Assembly (NCBI GenBank): GCA_049510745.1
Contig: JBEKYR010000021.1
Coordinates: 1 to 64,000 of the forward strand
Origin: Verrucomicrobiota bacterium
GTDB taxonomy: Bacteria; Verrucomicrobiota; Verrucomicrobiia; Limisphaerales; Palsa-1400
Length of the DNA: 64,000 bases
Direction: 5' to 3'
The notes beneath the pieces are model-generated. The model had not been told where the DNA came from, ran no database searches, and saw nothing but the letters and a program-made list of their open reading frames with translations. Made by a program: the position numbers and the translations under genes. Shown in pieces: positions 18,089 to 27,436 of the stretch. Position 1 is the first letter of the stretch; every line of letters starts with the position of its first letter.

Positions 18089-19215
18089 CCGTGTCCGGCC
18101 TGGCGGCTGGAACGAACGATGCGGTCGTGAAGGACAGCAACTGCAAGGCCCTCAAAGACGTCGTGGAGGCGAAGGTGGACCCGGCGGTTTACGACAGCCT
18201 GGTCGGCAGATACGACTATGGCAAACTCCGCGTGCTGAGGGTGACGCGCGACGGAAACCATCTCTTCGCGCAATTTGCCGACCGGAACTGCGAGATTTTT
18301 CCCAAGTCGGAGACTGAGTATTTTTGGAAAGTGATGGATGCGCAGGTCACTTTTGTGAAGGACGGCAGGGGAAAAGTGATAAAAGCTGTTTACCATCAGG
18401 GCGGCAAGACCATTGTTGGGCGCAAAATCACTTCTCTCGAACGGTTTTGGCTGTCCTTTTATGGAACATGGTTTGGTGCTGCGGCCCTGCTCTACGCCTT
18501 TTACATCGGTATCGGCGTTTCCATTCGCGACCGTGTTCCATTTCGAATCATGCGCGAATTCTTTCATTCGTTGCCGAGAAACATCGCGGGTTGCTTCAAG
18601 GGCTGGAATATTGCCTGGCATTTCGTTGCCATCGGTCTGGGCGTTGTCCTGGTGACTTCGGGATTCGATTGGTTCTATTTGAGCGTCACGCGCAATCCGC
18701 AACTTCTGGCATGGATGATTCCCGGGATCAATCTCGGAGTATGGGTTCCATTGGCTTTGCCGCCATCGCTTCTTTTAGCTGGCATGGCCTTCAAAAGAGC
18801 GCCGATAACTCGAACGGGATGGGCGCTGGCGCAGGTAGCCCTGATTGGCTTCGTTCTGACCGAACTCATCAAGGCTGTCACCGGGCGGCCTCAGCCCCCA
18901 CGGTTTATGGGACCGGACACCAGCCATATATTTTATTTCGGTTTACTGCGTAGCGAAATTGTATCTGGCTGGCCCTCAGGCCATACGATCATTGCGTTCG
19001 CCATGTCTGTCACACTGTTTTGGTTGTTCCCGCAAAAAAAATGGCTTGGCGCTGCGTCCCTGCTCTACGCCTTTTACGTCGGTCTCAGCGTTTCCATGAC
19101 CGTCCATTGGTTTGCGGATTTTGCGTCGGGAATCATCTTTGGCATCGTCGTCGGGACGACGGTGGGACGAAGTTTTGCGGCAATGGAATTAAAGGACAAA
19201 TGGACGAGCAATTAG
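18031..19215 (+). CDS. DUF3471 domain fused to a PAP2-family membrane phosphatase-like domain
   Basis: Signal peptide; VDPAVYDSLVGRY..IFPKSETEYF..VTFVKD; KAVTGRPQP, PSGH and HWFAD. Confidence 0.8.
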   Translation: MKTHAHRWIVVAAIISVGAAVSGLAAGTNDAVVKDSNCKALKDVVEAKVDPAVYDSLVGRYDYGKLRVLRVTRDGNHLFAQFADRNCEIFPKSETEYFWKVMDAQVTFVKDGRGKVIKAVYHQGGKTIVGRKITSLERFWLSFYGTWFGAAALLYAFYIGIGVSIRDRVPFRIMREFFHSLPRNIAGCFKGWNIAWHFVAIGLGVVLVTSGFDWFYLSVTRNPQLLAWMIPGINLGVWVPLALPPSLLLAGMAFKRAPITRTGWALAQVALIGFVLTELIKAVTGRPQPPRFMGPDTSHIFYFGLLRSEIVSGWPSGHTIIAFAMSVTLFWLFPQKKWLGAASLLYAFYVGLSVSMTVHWFADFASGIIFGIVVGTTVGRSFAAMELKDKWTSN

Positions 19216-19733
19216 AGAATCGCCTTCGCTTTCTGCGGAAAGTGAGCACCGACCAAATGCCACATCCATCTGAGGTTGGTTTGTTCGACCACTTGCTTGG
19301 CACCCTGCGGTTGCTGGTCGAGTGGGAGGCGCGGCCTGCGCTCTGTGATGCCGGCCTGTTTCATTCTGTTTACAGCACCGAGCGTTACGAACTGAAAGCA
19401 ATACCACTTTCCATGCGCGACGAATTGCGGCACTTGATTGGAGACGAGGCAGAGTCATTGGTCTGGCTGTTCTGCATGATGCGGCGAAAGACCTTCGATC
19501 AAAACCTCCACAAGGAAAAAGACCTCTCTATCCAGCACCGCTTGACGGGCGAATGGATTCCATTAACCGAAGGTCAGTTTCACGATTTGATAACGATGAC
19601 GTTTGCCAATTGTTTGGAAGCATTTCCGCGGTGCTCCTGGAACGTGCGTCGGAACATTCGCCGGGGTCTTCGGCGTTTTCGGAATATCGCCATTCGACCC
19701 GCGCAAAGCGCATTTGATCGAGTTGACGCTTAA
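19200..19733 (+). CDS. DUF6817-like protein (HD-related)
   Basis: PH..LFDHLLGT..LCDAGLFHSVYST..LIGDEAESLVWLFC; start placed at MDEQL. Confidence 0.7.
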   Translation: MDEQLENRLRFLRKVSTDQMPHPSEVGLFDHLLGTLRLLVEWEARPALCDAGLFHSVYSTERYELKAIPLSMRDELRHLIGDEAESLVWLFCMMRRKTFDQNLHKEKDLSIQHRLTGEWIPLTEGQFHDLITMTFANCLEAFPRCSWNVRRNIRRGLRRFRNIAIRPAQSAFDRVDA

Positions 19734-21268
19734 TGGTGGGAGGTTTGGAAATGAGTAGGAACTGGATCATCGCCGGAGTCGCCGTCGTTTGCTTGGGTGT
19801 CGGCATCGCGCTTTCACAACTGATTGAGCCGGGCGTCCGCGTCCAAAAAGTAACGCTCGCCGAAGAGACGCCTGCGCTTAAGTTCGTTCCCGCAGGCCCG
19901 GGACCGCATCCGGTGGCACTCCTTGCCCATGGATACGCTGGCTCGAAGGAGACGCTCTTTCGCTACGGGGAGGCGCTCGCTGCGGCAGGGTTTGTGTGTT
20001 ACAGCGTGGACCAACTGGGGCATGGAGCGTCGCCGCGGACGTTTACCCTCCTGGACTCCGTGCATACGCTGGAGGCGGTCGCACGCGAGATCGGGCCGGT
20101 AGATGTTTTCGCAGGTCAATCGATGGGTGGCTTTACGGGAGGCGAGGCAGTGCGGGAAGGGGGAATGAGGCCGGGGCTTTTCATTGCCATTGGTTACGAC
20201 CCGGTCCTGGGAGACCATGCCCCTCCATTGCTTCTCCTGACGGGCCGGTTCGAGGAAGCCTTTCCACCGGCCCTCCTCAAGACCCGAACGGATGCGCGTC
20301 TGGTGATTTCCCCCTGGTCCGATCACATGCTTGAGGGGTTTGATCCTGTGCTGGTGAATGCAGCCGTCAAGGCCGCGTGCGGTGCAGTGCATAAGACGCC
20401 ACCGGCGCCTCCCACTGCATGGCGCTTGCGGCTCCTCGGCGCGGCTCTGGCAATGCTGGCAGCGGGTGCGCTGGCAAGTGGTTTGACGGACTTGTTTCCG
20501 CAATTGGCTCGCTGCCGCGGACTGTTGATCGGTGTCTTCATTACCGCCGCCTTCATGCTCACCATCGGCGGCCGGTGGCTCGAAGCGACACCGCACTTAC
20601 GATTACAGGTCATCGCCATGCCTGTTATCTTCCTCCTGGCAATAATTGCCGGCAGACTCCGCATCCCGCGATGGAGCTTCGCCGCGCTTAGTGTCCTTAT
20701 GACGGTGATTGCGGTATGCTGGTTCAAGGCGAGCCTGAGTCAGGCCGCGCTTATACGCCGAATAGTTATGGTTTCTGCTCTGGTCCTTACGCCCGCCCTG
20801 ATCGCAGGAGTGGTCATCGGCTGGTTTGCGTCTCGCCGCGGGTCCCGGCTGCAAGGCGACATCGACATGGCCATCTTCCTGGGTTGCGTCCCCTTCCAAT
20901 GCCTTGAACTGCCACGAACGGCTCCTCAAGCGTCAACACCGCATATAGCCATCAAGCTGGACGCAAAGCTTCTTGACGCCTGTGTGGGCCAATACCAATT
21001 TCCATCGGAGAACGTATTTGCCATTGAATGGAAGCTGACGATCCGGCGGCAAGGCGATCAACTGTTCGGGCAAGAGAGCACGGTGAAAAATAAAATCCTC
21101 GCCGCTTTCGAAATTTATCCCGAATCGGAAACGAATTTTTTCTTCAAGACCAGTGGTCCGCAAGAATTAACCTTCATCAAAAATGACAAAGGTGAAGGGA
21201 CGGCGGTAATTTTCCACCGTAGTCAAGGATTACCAGATAGCGAAGGGAAGAAACTTAAAAACGAATGA
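19733..21268 (+). CDS. alpha/beta hydrolase with membrane domain and C-terminal DUF3471
   Basis: AHGYAG, GQSMG and SDH; hydrophobic middle; LDAKLLDACVGQY..IYPESETNFF..LTFIKND. Confidence 0.8.
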   Translation: MVGGLEMSRNWIIAGVAVVCLGVGIALSQLIEPGVRVQKVTLAEETPALKFVPAGPGPHPVALLAHGYAGSKETLFRYGEALAAAGFVCYSVDQLGHGASPRTFTLLDSVHTLEAVAREIGPVDVFAGQSMGGFTGGEAVREGGMRPGLFIAIGYDPVLGDHAPPLLLLTGRFEEAFPPALLKTRTDARLVISPWSDHMLEGFDPVLVNAAVKAACGAVHKTPPAPPTAWRLRLLGAALAMLAAGALASGLTDLFPQLARCRGLLIGVFITAAFMLTIGGRWLEATPHLRLQVIAMPVIFLLAIIAGRLRIPRWSFAALSVLMTVIAVCWFKASLSQAALIRRIVMVSALVLTPALIAGVVIGWFASRRGSRLQGDIDMAIFLGCVPFQCLELPRTAPQASTPHIAIKLDAKLLDACVGQYQFPSENVFAIEWKLTIRRQGDQLFGQESTVKNKILAAFEIYPESETNFFFKTSGPQELTFIKNDKGEGTAVIFHRSQGLPDSEGKKLKNE

Positions 21269-22215
21269 TCGCGCCTTTGGAAAAATTGATGGACTGGTCG
21301 GCCATTCAGGTTACGACACTGATGATGCCTGCCGATAAATCTGACTGGAGGCTGGAGCAAGCCCTTCGATTTCTGGAAGGCCCGGACTTCGTTTTCACTG
21401 ATAATCAACCGGCACAGATTGAATTCAACGGCTCTCTGCATTTCCGCTTTCCCACACCCCGGCCATGCGATTTCAAGGAAAACAATGTCGTCCATGGACG
21501 GCTTTACCGCTGCCGTGAACGATGGCAGGAGCGGCCGGTGATTATTCTCCTGCCTGGCTACAATGACTCCGCCAGTTACAATCTCAGATTTCCGTTGATT
21601 GCCCGCCTCTGTAATCGCGCAGGATTTAACGTGGCTACGTTTGTGCCGCCTTACCACTTTCAACGCTGTCCCCGCCAGCGCGCGGCGTTTGACACCGAGG
21701 ATTGCCTTTTTTGGGTGGAAAGGCAGGCGCAAGCGATCGCCGAAATCCGTGTCCTGACCGGGTGGCTGCTGGGGGAAGGTTGCCCTGCGGTGGCACTGTG
21801 GGGATATTCGCGGGGAGCGAGTGATGTGGGGATGGCGGTGTGCCGCGATGCGCGGCTGGCCGCAGTTGTTATGGCAAGCTTTCCGGTGCGTTGTAAACCC
21901 GTGGTGCAACAACTGGCCGTCCGATCTGGCATTCGCCGGAGATTGCAGAGCGCTCGCGAGGTATGCGAGAGGATGAATCTGACGGCGATGAATTTGACGA
22001 TGACCCAGCCAGCCATCCCCAGGGAAAAGATATTATTGATAGAGGGGATCCATGATTTCCTCTGTTCGAAGGACGATATTGAAGACCTCTGGCACTCGTG
22101 GGGACAGCCCGACATCTGGCGGTTGCCGCGCGGACATGTCAGCGTTTGTTGCGGGTTCGTGCCAGGTTTGCCGGAACGCGTCCTGCGCTGGCTCTCGCCG
22201 CGATTGGATAAATAA
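21265..22215 (+). CDS. alpha/beta hydrolase
   Basis: ILLPGY, PYHFQR, WGYSRG nucleophile motif, HD and GH. Confidence 0.8.
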   Translation: MIAPLEKLMDWSAIQVTTLMMPADKSDWRLEQALRFLEGPDFVFTDNQPAQIEFNGSLHFRFPTPRPCDFKENNVVHGRLYRCRERWQERPVIILLPGYNDSASYNLRFPLIARLCNRAGFNVATFVPPYHFQRCPRQRAAFDTEDCLFWVERQAQAIAEIRVLTGWLLGEGCPAVALWGYSRGASDVGMAVCRDARLAAVVMASFPVRCKPVVQQLAVRSGIRRRLQSAREVCERMNLTAMNLTMTQPAIPREKILLIEGIHDFLCSKDDIEDLWHSWGQPDIWRLPRGHVSVCCGFVPGLPERVLRWLSPRLDK

Positions 22216-22277
22216 ACAAATGAAGACATCTGCTCATCGGTGGATTGTTGTGGCGGCGATCATCATCGTGGGTGCAG
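22195..22277 (+). repeat. 83-bp direct repeat spanning a gene junction, copy 2
   Basis: Matches 18006-18088. Confidence 0.9.
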
Positions 22278-23392
22278 GGGCTGCACTCTCACACATGATC
22301 GAGCCGGGCGTCCGCGTCGAAAATATAATGCTGGCTACAAACACACCCGCGCTTCGAATTTTCCCCGCGACGCCCGGCCCGCATCCGATTGCAATGCTCG
22401 CTCATGGAAACGGCGGCTCGAAAGAAATGTTGTTTCGTTTTGGCGAGGCGCTCGCCGCCGCTGGTTTTGATTGCTATTCAGTGGATCAGGCGGGATATGG
22501 AGAATCGCCGCAGCCCTGGTCCCTCACCAACATCCTGCTCAATTTCCAGGAGGTTGAGCGGGCACTTGGAGTGGTGGACGTCTTCATCGGCCATTCGATG
22601 GGTGGTGTCGTTGGCGCTTGGAGCGTGCGTCGAGCGGGATTTCGCCCAAAGCTCTTTATTGGGGTCGGCGCCCCCGTCGAGTTGGGCGAGCAAGAGCCGC
22701 CGGTGCTCTTGCTGGCAGGTTTATTTGAGGAATTTTTTCGTCCAGCACAGTTAAAAGCACGAACGAATGCGCAAGTAGTGATTTCTCCCTGGTGCGAGCA
22801 CATCACCGAAGCCTACGATCCAGTGCTCGTGAGGGCGGCGGTCAAAGCCGCGTGCGCTGCTGTTGGCAAACCAGTCCCCGCTGCTCCGACCGCGTGGCGG
22901 TGGCGATTCGCCGGGATTGTGCTGGGAATGGCGGGCGCGTTGGGATTGATGCTTTACCTGCCTGAACTTCATCCCCGCCTCGCCCGGATTCGCGGGTTTA
23001 TTGTTCCCGGTGTTCTGCTGCTCGCGCTCGTCCTGACTCTGGGGCCGTGGGTCGGCGTGACCCCGCAGTTGCGTCGCATCCCCCAACAGCTTGTTCTACT
23101 GGTTGTCATCTGGCTGGCGCTCGCCGGCCTCAGCAGACTGAGCATCCCACGATGGAGCCTGCCTGTGGTTACCGGGTTATTGGCGCTTGGCTGCCTGCCA
23201 CTTGGCTTTGTGAAAGGCATTTTTCTTTTTAACATTCTCATGTGCATCTTGGCGATCAGCACGCTGTTGTTGTTGCCGAGCGTGGTGGTCGGCAAAATTG
23301 CCGCCCGCGGCGGGTCGAGGCGGGATGGCGATATTGCGATGGCCGTCTTTGCGAGTTACGCCATCGGACAATTCATGCCGCTTTTCTATTGA
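22220..23392 (+). CDS. alpha/beta hydrolase with membrane domain (paralog of 19733-21268 lacking DUF3471)
   Basis: AHGNGG, GHSMG and ISPWCEH; start placed at MKTSAH. Confidence 0.82.
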   Translation: MKTSAHRWIVVAAIIIVGAGAALSHMIEPGVRVENIMLATNTPALRIFPATPGPHPIAMLAHGNGGSKEMLFRFGEALAAAGFDCYSVDQAGYGESPQPWSLTNILLNFQEVERALGVVDVFIGHSMGGVVGAWSVRRAGFRPKLFIGVGAPVELGEQEPPVLLLAGLFEEFFRPAQLKARTNAQVVISPWCEHITEAYDPVLVRAAVKAACAAVGKPVPAAPTAWRWRFAGIVLGMAGALGLMLYLPELHPRLARIRGFIVPGVLLLALVLTLGPWVGVTPQLRRIPQQLVLLVVIWLALAGLSRLSIPRWSLPVVTGLLALGCLPLGFVKGIFLFNILMCILAISTLLLLPSVVVGKIAARGGSRRDGDIAMAVFASYAIGQFMPLFY

Positions 23393-23502
23393 AAAGTGAG
23401 TTCAAAACCGCCTAACCAATTGCATATAACCAACGACAGAATGATCATTTTTAGGCGGATAAAAAGCGTTGCACAGAAGAATTGAGGCGGAATAATCCTG
23501 AA

Positions 23503-23966
23503 ATGGCGACCAAACCGAGAGATATGACTATACGTTTGACACAATTGTTTGGACTGATTGGTGGGGCATTGATGGCGCTGGCCGCGTTGCTCGCGGCGGC
23601 GTGGCCGGCCGCGGCGGAAACACCGTCGGAAAAGGCCGCCGCGTTGCTGCATGGATTGATCAAAACCAACGACCCCGGCCTCGCGGTCCTGGTGGCGCAA
23701 AACGGAAAAATTTTGTTTGAAAAGAGCTACGGCCTGGCCGACAGGGAAGATCATGTGCCCGTCATCCCACAAACCACCTTCCGCATCGGCTCGATGACCA
23801 AGCAATTCACGGCGTCGGCGATTTTGAAACTGCAGGAGGAGGGAAAACTGAGCGTCAACGATAAATTGTCCAAATACATCCCGGATTTTCCGCGCGGGGA
23901 CGAGGTCACCCTGCGCCATTTGCTAACCCACACCTCCGGCATCCGCGATTACACGGACGAACCGCA
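23503..23966 (+). pseudogene. truncated serine hydrolase (beta-lactamase class C-like), N-terminal part only
   Basis: FRIGSMTKQFT (SxxK) and LRHLLTHTSGI; similarity stops where repeat copy 2 begins. Confidence 0.85.
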
Positions 23967-23980
23967 CTCGGTGATCTTCG

Positions 23981-24180
23981 TTTTCATCGTGTCGCTCATA
24001 CTATTTTGGCGCGGGCGAAACCGGCTCCCGCTCAATGGGGAGACCCGGCCTCTGATCTCTGATTGGCGGTATCGGACCAACAAAGGGGATCGTCGCACAG
24101 CAAATTCTGGGAATATCCAACCGGATTGGAAAAACTGCCGATACAGCTACTCGTTTTTCCAATTTTCTGGGACTTCGCCC
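23981..24180. repeat. degenerate ~200-bp repeat, copy 2
   Basis: Similar to 12752-12945 in the same orientation. Confidence 0.8.
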
Positions 24181-24313
24181 GCAAGTCGCGATGCTCTAGT
24201 GTGGGTCTCCTCGTTGAGCGGACGGTTGTTCACGAGGAATACCGACACCGAGTGTGTTCCAGCAGGCAGACGGCTACCAATTTGACCGGCGGTGAGAACG
24301 CATTGACGGACCC

Positions 24314-25021
24314 TCATGTTTGTGTGTTTTGTGTGGGTGCAGTTTTCCCGGAACGAGCTAATCGTCGCGCCTGGGAAAGAGCAGTGAAGTGCAGCATAAT
24401 GAAGATGGGGACGAAATACGCCGGGATGAGCACCAGCGGCAATTTCGCCATCGGGCTCGTGGTGACGTTCCCCGTGAGTCCGTGGAGGAAGCCCGAACAG
24501 ATTGCCCCCAGTGACACCGCGACAACAAGGTCAGTGATCCCCATGATATTCCAAAGCACATACCGTGGACTGGCCGCGAATGACGGGTGGCGAGCAAGTC
24601 CGAGCAAGATCCATGGCGCGGTGAGCCCAATCGCCATGTCCCCGAGTCCAGCCGGGAAAGCGAACAGTCCAGGCAGAACACCATGGGCGTAGAGCGCGAG
24701 GAAGCCAAAGCCGGCCCAACGCCATGCCTGCATGGCTGCGACAAGCCGGAGGTCGGTGCTGAGGACAAACGCCCGGAATTCGCTCCATCCGAAGTATGCC
24801 GCAAAGAACACCACCAAAGGAATTGCGAAGCCGAAAAAAATCGGCAAGGGTGGCGAATCCGCGCTCCCCACAAATGCCCCTTGGGCGCCAAGGAACAAAA
24901 CAAGCCCAAACCACAAAGCCACCGCCACGGCAACGACCGACCTCACGGTCGAACGGTTGTCATTAAGTTCCGAAGCCACGTTTTCTTCGAGGCTTCCCAT
25001 GCTGGCATTTATCATTTTCAT
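24314..25021 (-). CDS. hypothetical membrane protein
   Basis: About 6 TM segments; QAWRWAG..FAFPAGLGD..WNIMGITDL..PLVLIP pattern; downstream of MarR. Confidence 0.75.
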   Translation of the reverse strand: MKMINASMGSLEENVASELNDNRSTVRSVVAVAVALWFGLVLFLGAQGAFVGSADSPPLPIFFGFAIPLVVFFAAYFGWSEFRAFVLSTDLRLVAAMQAWRWAGFGFLALYAHGVLPGLFAFPAGLGDMAIGLTAPWILLGLARHPSFAASPRYVLWNIMGITDLVVAVSLGAICSGFLHGLTGNVTTSPMAKLPLVLIPAYFVPIFIMLHFTALSQARRLARSGKTAPTQNTQT

Positions 25022-25157
25022 ATTCGTTTCCTTTCATTTTTGATTTGTTGTTCTCAATTTAGGATCTGCTTCTGTTTCCATGGTCCCGCTGTCAACATGC
25101 CGTCCAATGCGGCTATCGTTCGGCAGATTCATTTGCGACCTTCTCCGGTAACGTTGT

Positions 25158-25169
25158 GTGTATATACAC
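25158..25169. promoter_or_regulatory. palindromic operator (probable MarR site)
   Basis: GTGTATATACAC perfect palindrome; near copy TGTGCATATACACA at 25654-25667 in the marR promoter. Confidence 0.65.
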
Positions 25170-25204
25170 TTCTAGTGTGCTAAAAAGGTTCTTTGTTAAT
25201 CTTG

Positions 25205-25651
25205 TCATGATTTCCCCTTCAATTTAGTCGCTACGTCCTCCAAATCGGTGATAATGGTTGACCATCGCTCCTGGCCCAGGATCGCGACCACTTTGTCTTG
25301 GGCGGAGCGCCACGCCGGAAGCGTCTTGGCCAAAGCCGTGCGGCCCTTTACGGTAATCTCAAGTTCCACATGACCACCTCGTCCGCCGCCTTTTGCCCGC
25401 ACCAACCCGTCCCGCTGCAAAGGTCGAAGATTTCGCAACAACGAAGTGCGCTCCATTCCGAGCCATTCACTCAATTCTGCCATGCCCCACCCGTTCCTGG
25501 CCTGTAATGCCCGCAGGATCGGCGTTTGCGTTGGGCGGATCCCGTGCCGGCGCACCTCCGCGTCAAAGAACTGGGTTATAACACGCGCCACCCGGCGCAC
25601 ATTAAAACACGTGCAGTTTTCCACCGACGTCATATCCAATCGTTTCTCCAT
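25205..25651 (-). CDS. MarR-family transcriptional regulator
   Basis: CTCFNVRRVARVITQFFD..GMERTSLLRNLRPL; start placed at MEKRL because TTGACA-17-TATATG overlaps the upstream codons. Confidence 0.9.
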   Translation of the reverse strand: MEKRLDMTSVENCTCFNVRRVARVITQFFDAEVRRHGIRPTQTPILRALQARNGWGMAELSEWLGMERTSLLRNLRPLQRDGLVRAKGGGRGGHVELEITVKGRTALAKTLPAWRSAQDKVVAILGQERWSTIITDLEDVATKLKGKS

Positions 25652-25905
25652 GATGTGCATATACACATAGATAGCAATTTTGTCAATGGATTTTCGTCAG
25701 CCCGCCCTCGGCCGGCTGGAGGCGCTTACGATGTGGTCGTTATCAAATCAAAAGCACGACCAAAACACTCGAATAGCGGAGGTGGCGATGGCCCTGGTGG
25801 CGGAGGTGGAAGTAGTGGCGATACACCGGTGGTTGCTCCAGCAGAGGATAGGGCAACGCTGGGAAACGACCCGAGCGCCGATCTGGAGCCTTGCAAACGG
25901 CAAGG

Positions 25906-25933
25906 TCGGGCGGGCCGCCAATGGCCCGCCCGA
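25906..25933. terminator. GC-rich hairpin, possible terminator
   Basis: TCGGGCGGGCC-GCCAAT-GGCCCGCCCGA, 11-bp perfect stem; no clear U-tract. Confidence 0.45.
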
Positions 25934-25992
25934 TTAACCCCTTGCTGGAGCAAGTTGAAAAGCGATAAATCCACCCCTCATCTAGGCTCGAA

Positions 25993-26093
25993 ACATAACT
26001 TCCAGAACTCAGGCACGAGGGGCTGATGACGTAGGCCGCGAAAGCAGAACTGGAGACCTCATTCCGCGTTGCCTGCAGCGATTTGTGTTAGGC
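25993..26093 (-). mobile_element. integron attC-like site
   Basis: Minus strand begins GCCTAAC 5 bp after the CPBP stop and ends GTTATGT; internal imperfect palindrome CAGGCAACGCGG...CCTCGTGCCTG; 101 bp. Confidence 0.75.
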
Positions 26094-26098
26094 CGCCG

Positions 26099-26602
26099 CT
26101 ATCTTGGAAAATATGCAGTCAAATCAAATAACACATGGGCAATAAAAAGTGGCCACAGGCGACGCCATTTCCAATAAACAAATCCGAAGATCAACCCAAG
26201 CGGGAAAATCAACACCGCTGCATCAATACCTTGATATGCGTGCAGGAAAGCACGAAAGAAGGCACTCGCCAATACTGCGCTCCACATACCAAACCTTTGC
26301 AACGATTGGACAAAGTAACCAGCCTCAATAATCTCTTCACACACTGGATTGATCACTGCAAAGGAAACAAGAACAGATGACGATAGCTGACTGACCGAAT
26401 GACGATGATGCACTGTTCCTGGAAAAAAGACATTTGCAAGCGCGGTAATAGCTGACAGCGCCAAAACCGTAACCAAACACAAGATAATGCCTGCTCCAGT
26501 GGACTTCCAAGAGGGCTGGAAACCCCACGCCGCAAGCGGCCAACTACGGGCGCGGGCAATCCAGAATGTCACTGCCAACCCCAACAACTCAATGATGGCC
26601 AC
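26099..26602 (-). CDS. CPBP-family (CAAX/Abi) intramembrane metalloprotease, probably 5'-truncated gene cassette
   Basis: NPVCEEIIEAGY, FRAFLHAYQG and LWPLFIAHVLFD motifs; visibly more AT-rich; followed by attC. Confidence 0.82.
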   Translation of the reverse strand: MAIIELLGLAVTFWIARARSWPLAAWGFQPSWKSTGAGIILCLVTVLALSAITALANVFFPGTVHHRHSVSQLSSSVLVSFAVINPVCEEIIEAGYFVQSLQRFGMWSAVLASAFFRAFLHAYQGIDAAVLIFPLGLIFGFVYWKWRRLWPLFIAHVLFDLTAYFPR

Positions 26603-26678
26603 TCTGAGCGCGCTCCTGTTCGTGACGTGATCTATGTGAATTCCGTTCAGAATAATCTTGCCCAGGATTGATTTAGGA

Positions 26679-26709
26679 CGAATAGTTCAAGCATGGCTTT
26701 AACTATTCG
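26679..26709. promoter_or_regulatory. inverted repeat centred on the abiEi start codon (putative autoregulatory operator)
   Basis: CGAATAGTTCAAGC-ATG-GCTTTAACTATTCG, 14-bp arms with one mismatch. Confidence 0.65.
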
Positions 26710-27436
26710 CCACAAATTGATCAAGACCCTGCAAGGAGCTTTCCCCAGGGGAGCTCCCTTTGACAGTCGGCAATTGCGGAAATTAGGAGTGTCCTCGGCG
26801 TTGGCGCATCATTATCTTAAGTCGGATTGGCTCGCACGGTTGGGGCGCGGCGTCTTTATGTTTCCCAACGACACCTTGCGCCAGGAGGACTCGCTGAAAT
26901 TCCTGTCCCGCCACGTTGAGGGTTTTCATGTCGGCGGCAAGACCGCCTTGGCGTGGCGTGGCGTCCGCCACAATCTCCCCGCCCGTGAACCGCTTTCGTT
27001 GTGGGGCGAAGAGAAGGCCATTCTGCCGGCATGGTTCCATGAACGATTCCCCTCGCGATACACCGCGCGGAATTTGTTCTCTTCCAAATTGCCAAGGAAT
27101 TCTGGCTTGCAACCATTGCCTGAAGCGCCCAACGGCGTTCTTGTCTCGGTGCCGGAAAGGGCCGTGCTGGAAATGTTGAGCGAAGTTGGCGTCCATCAGG
27201 GCGTTGAGGAGGCCCGTCATATCATGGAGGGGATCAGGTCATTGAGAATGGAAACGCTGGCAATGTTGCTGAAAAACTGCCAGCGGGTCAAAGTGCGCCT
27301 GCTGTGCGTCCGCTGGGCCGAGGAATTAAATCTGTCCTGGGCACCCGCCGCGCGAAAAGCCGCAGGCACCCGGCGTGATCAAAGTCGGTGGACGGCGCGG
27401 CTCAAAAATGGAACCATCCTGAATATCAAGCCATGA
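26693..27436 (+). CDS. type IV toxin-antitoxin antitoxin, AbiEi family
   Basis: WLARLGRGVF, HVGGKTAL, SVPERAVLEML and CQRVKVR; coupled to AbiEii. Confidence 0.88.
   Translation: MALTIRHKLIKTLQGAFPRGAPFDSRQLRKLGVSSALAHHYLKSDWLARLGRGVFMFPNDTLRQEDSLKFLSRHVEGFHVGGKTALAWRGVRHNLPAREPLSLWGEEKAILPAWFHERFPSRYTARNLFSSKLPRNSGLQPLPEAPNGVLVSVPERAVLEMLSEVGVHQGVEEARHIMEGIRSLRMETLAMLLKNCQRVKVRLLCVRWAEELNLSWAPAARKAAGTRRDQSRWTARLKNGTILNIKP

Noticed and set aside
23482..24285. Intact 267-aa beta-lactamase-like protein
   Set aside because: Similarity ends near aa 160 and the remainder reads through the non-coding repeat
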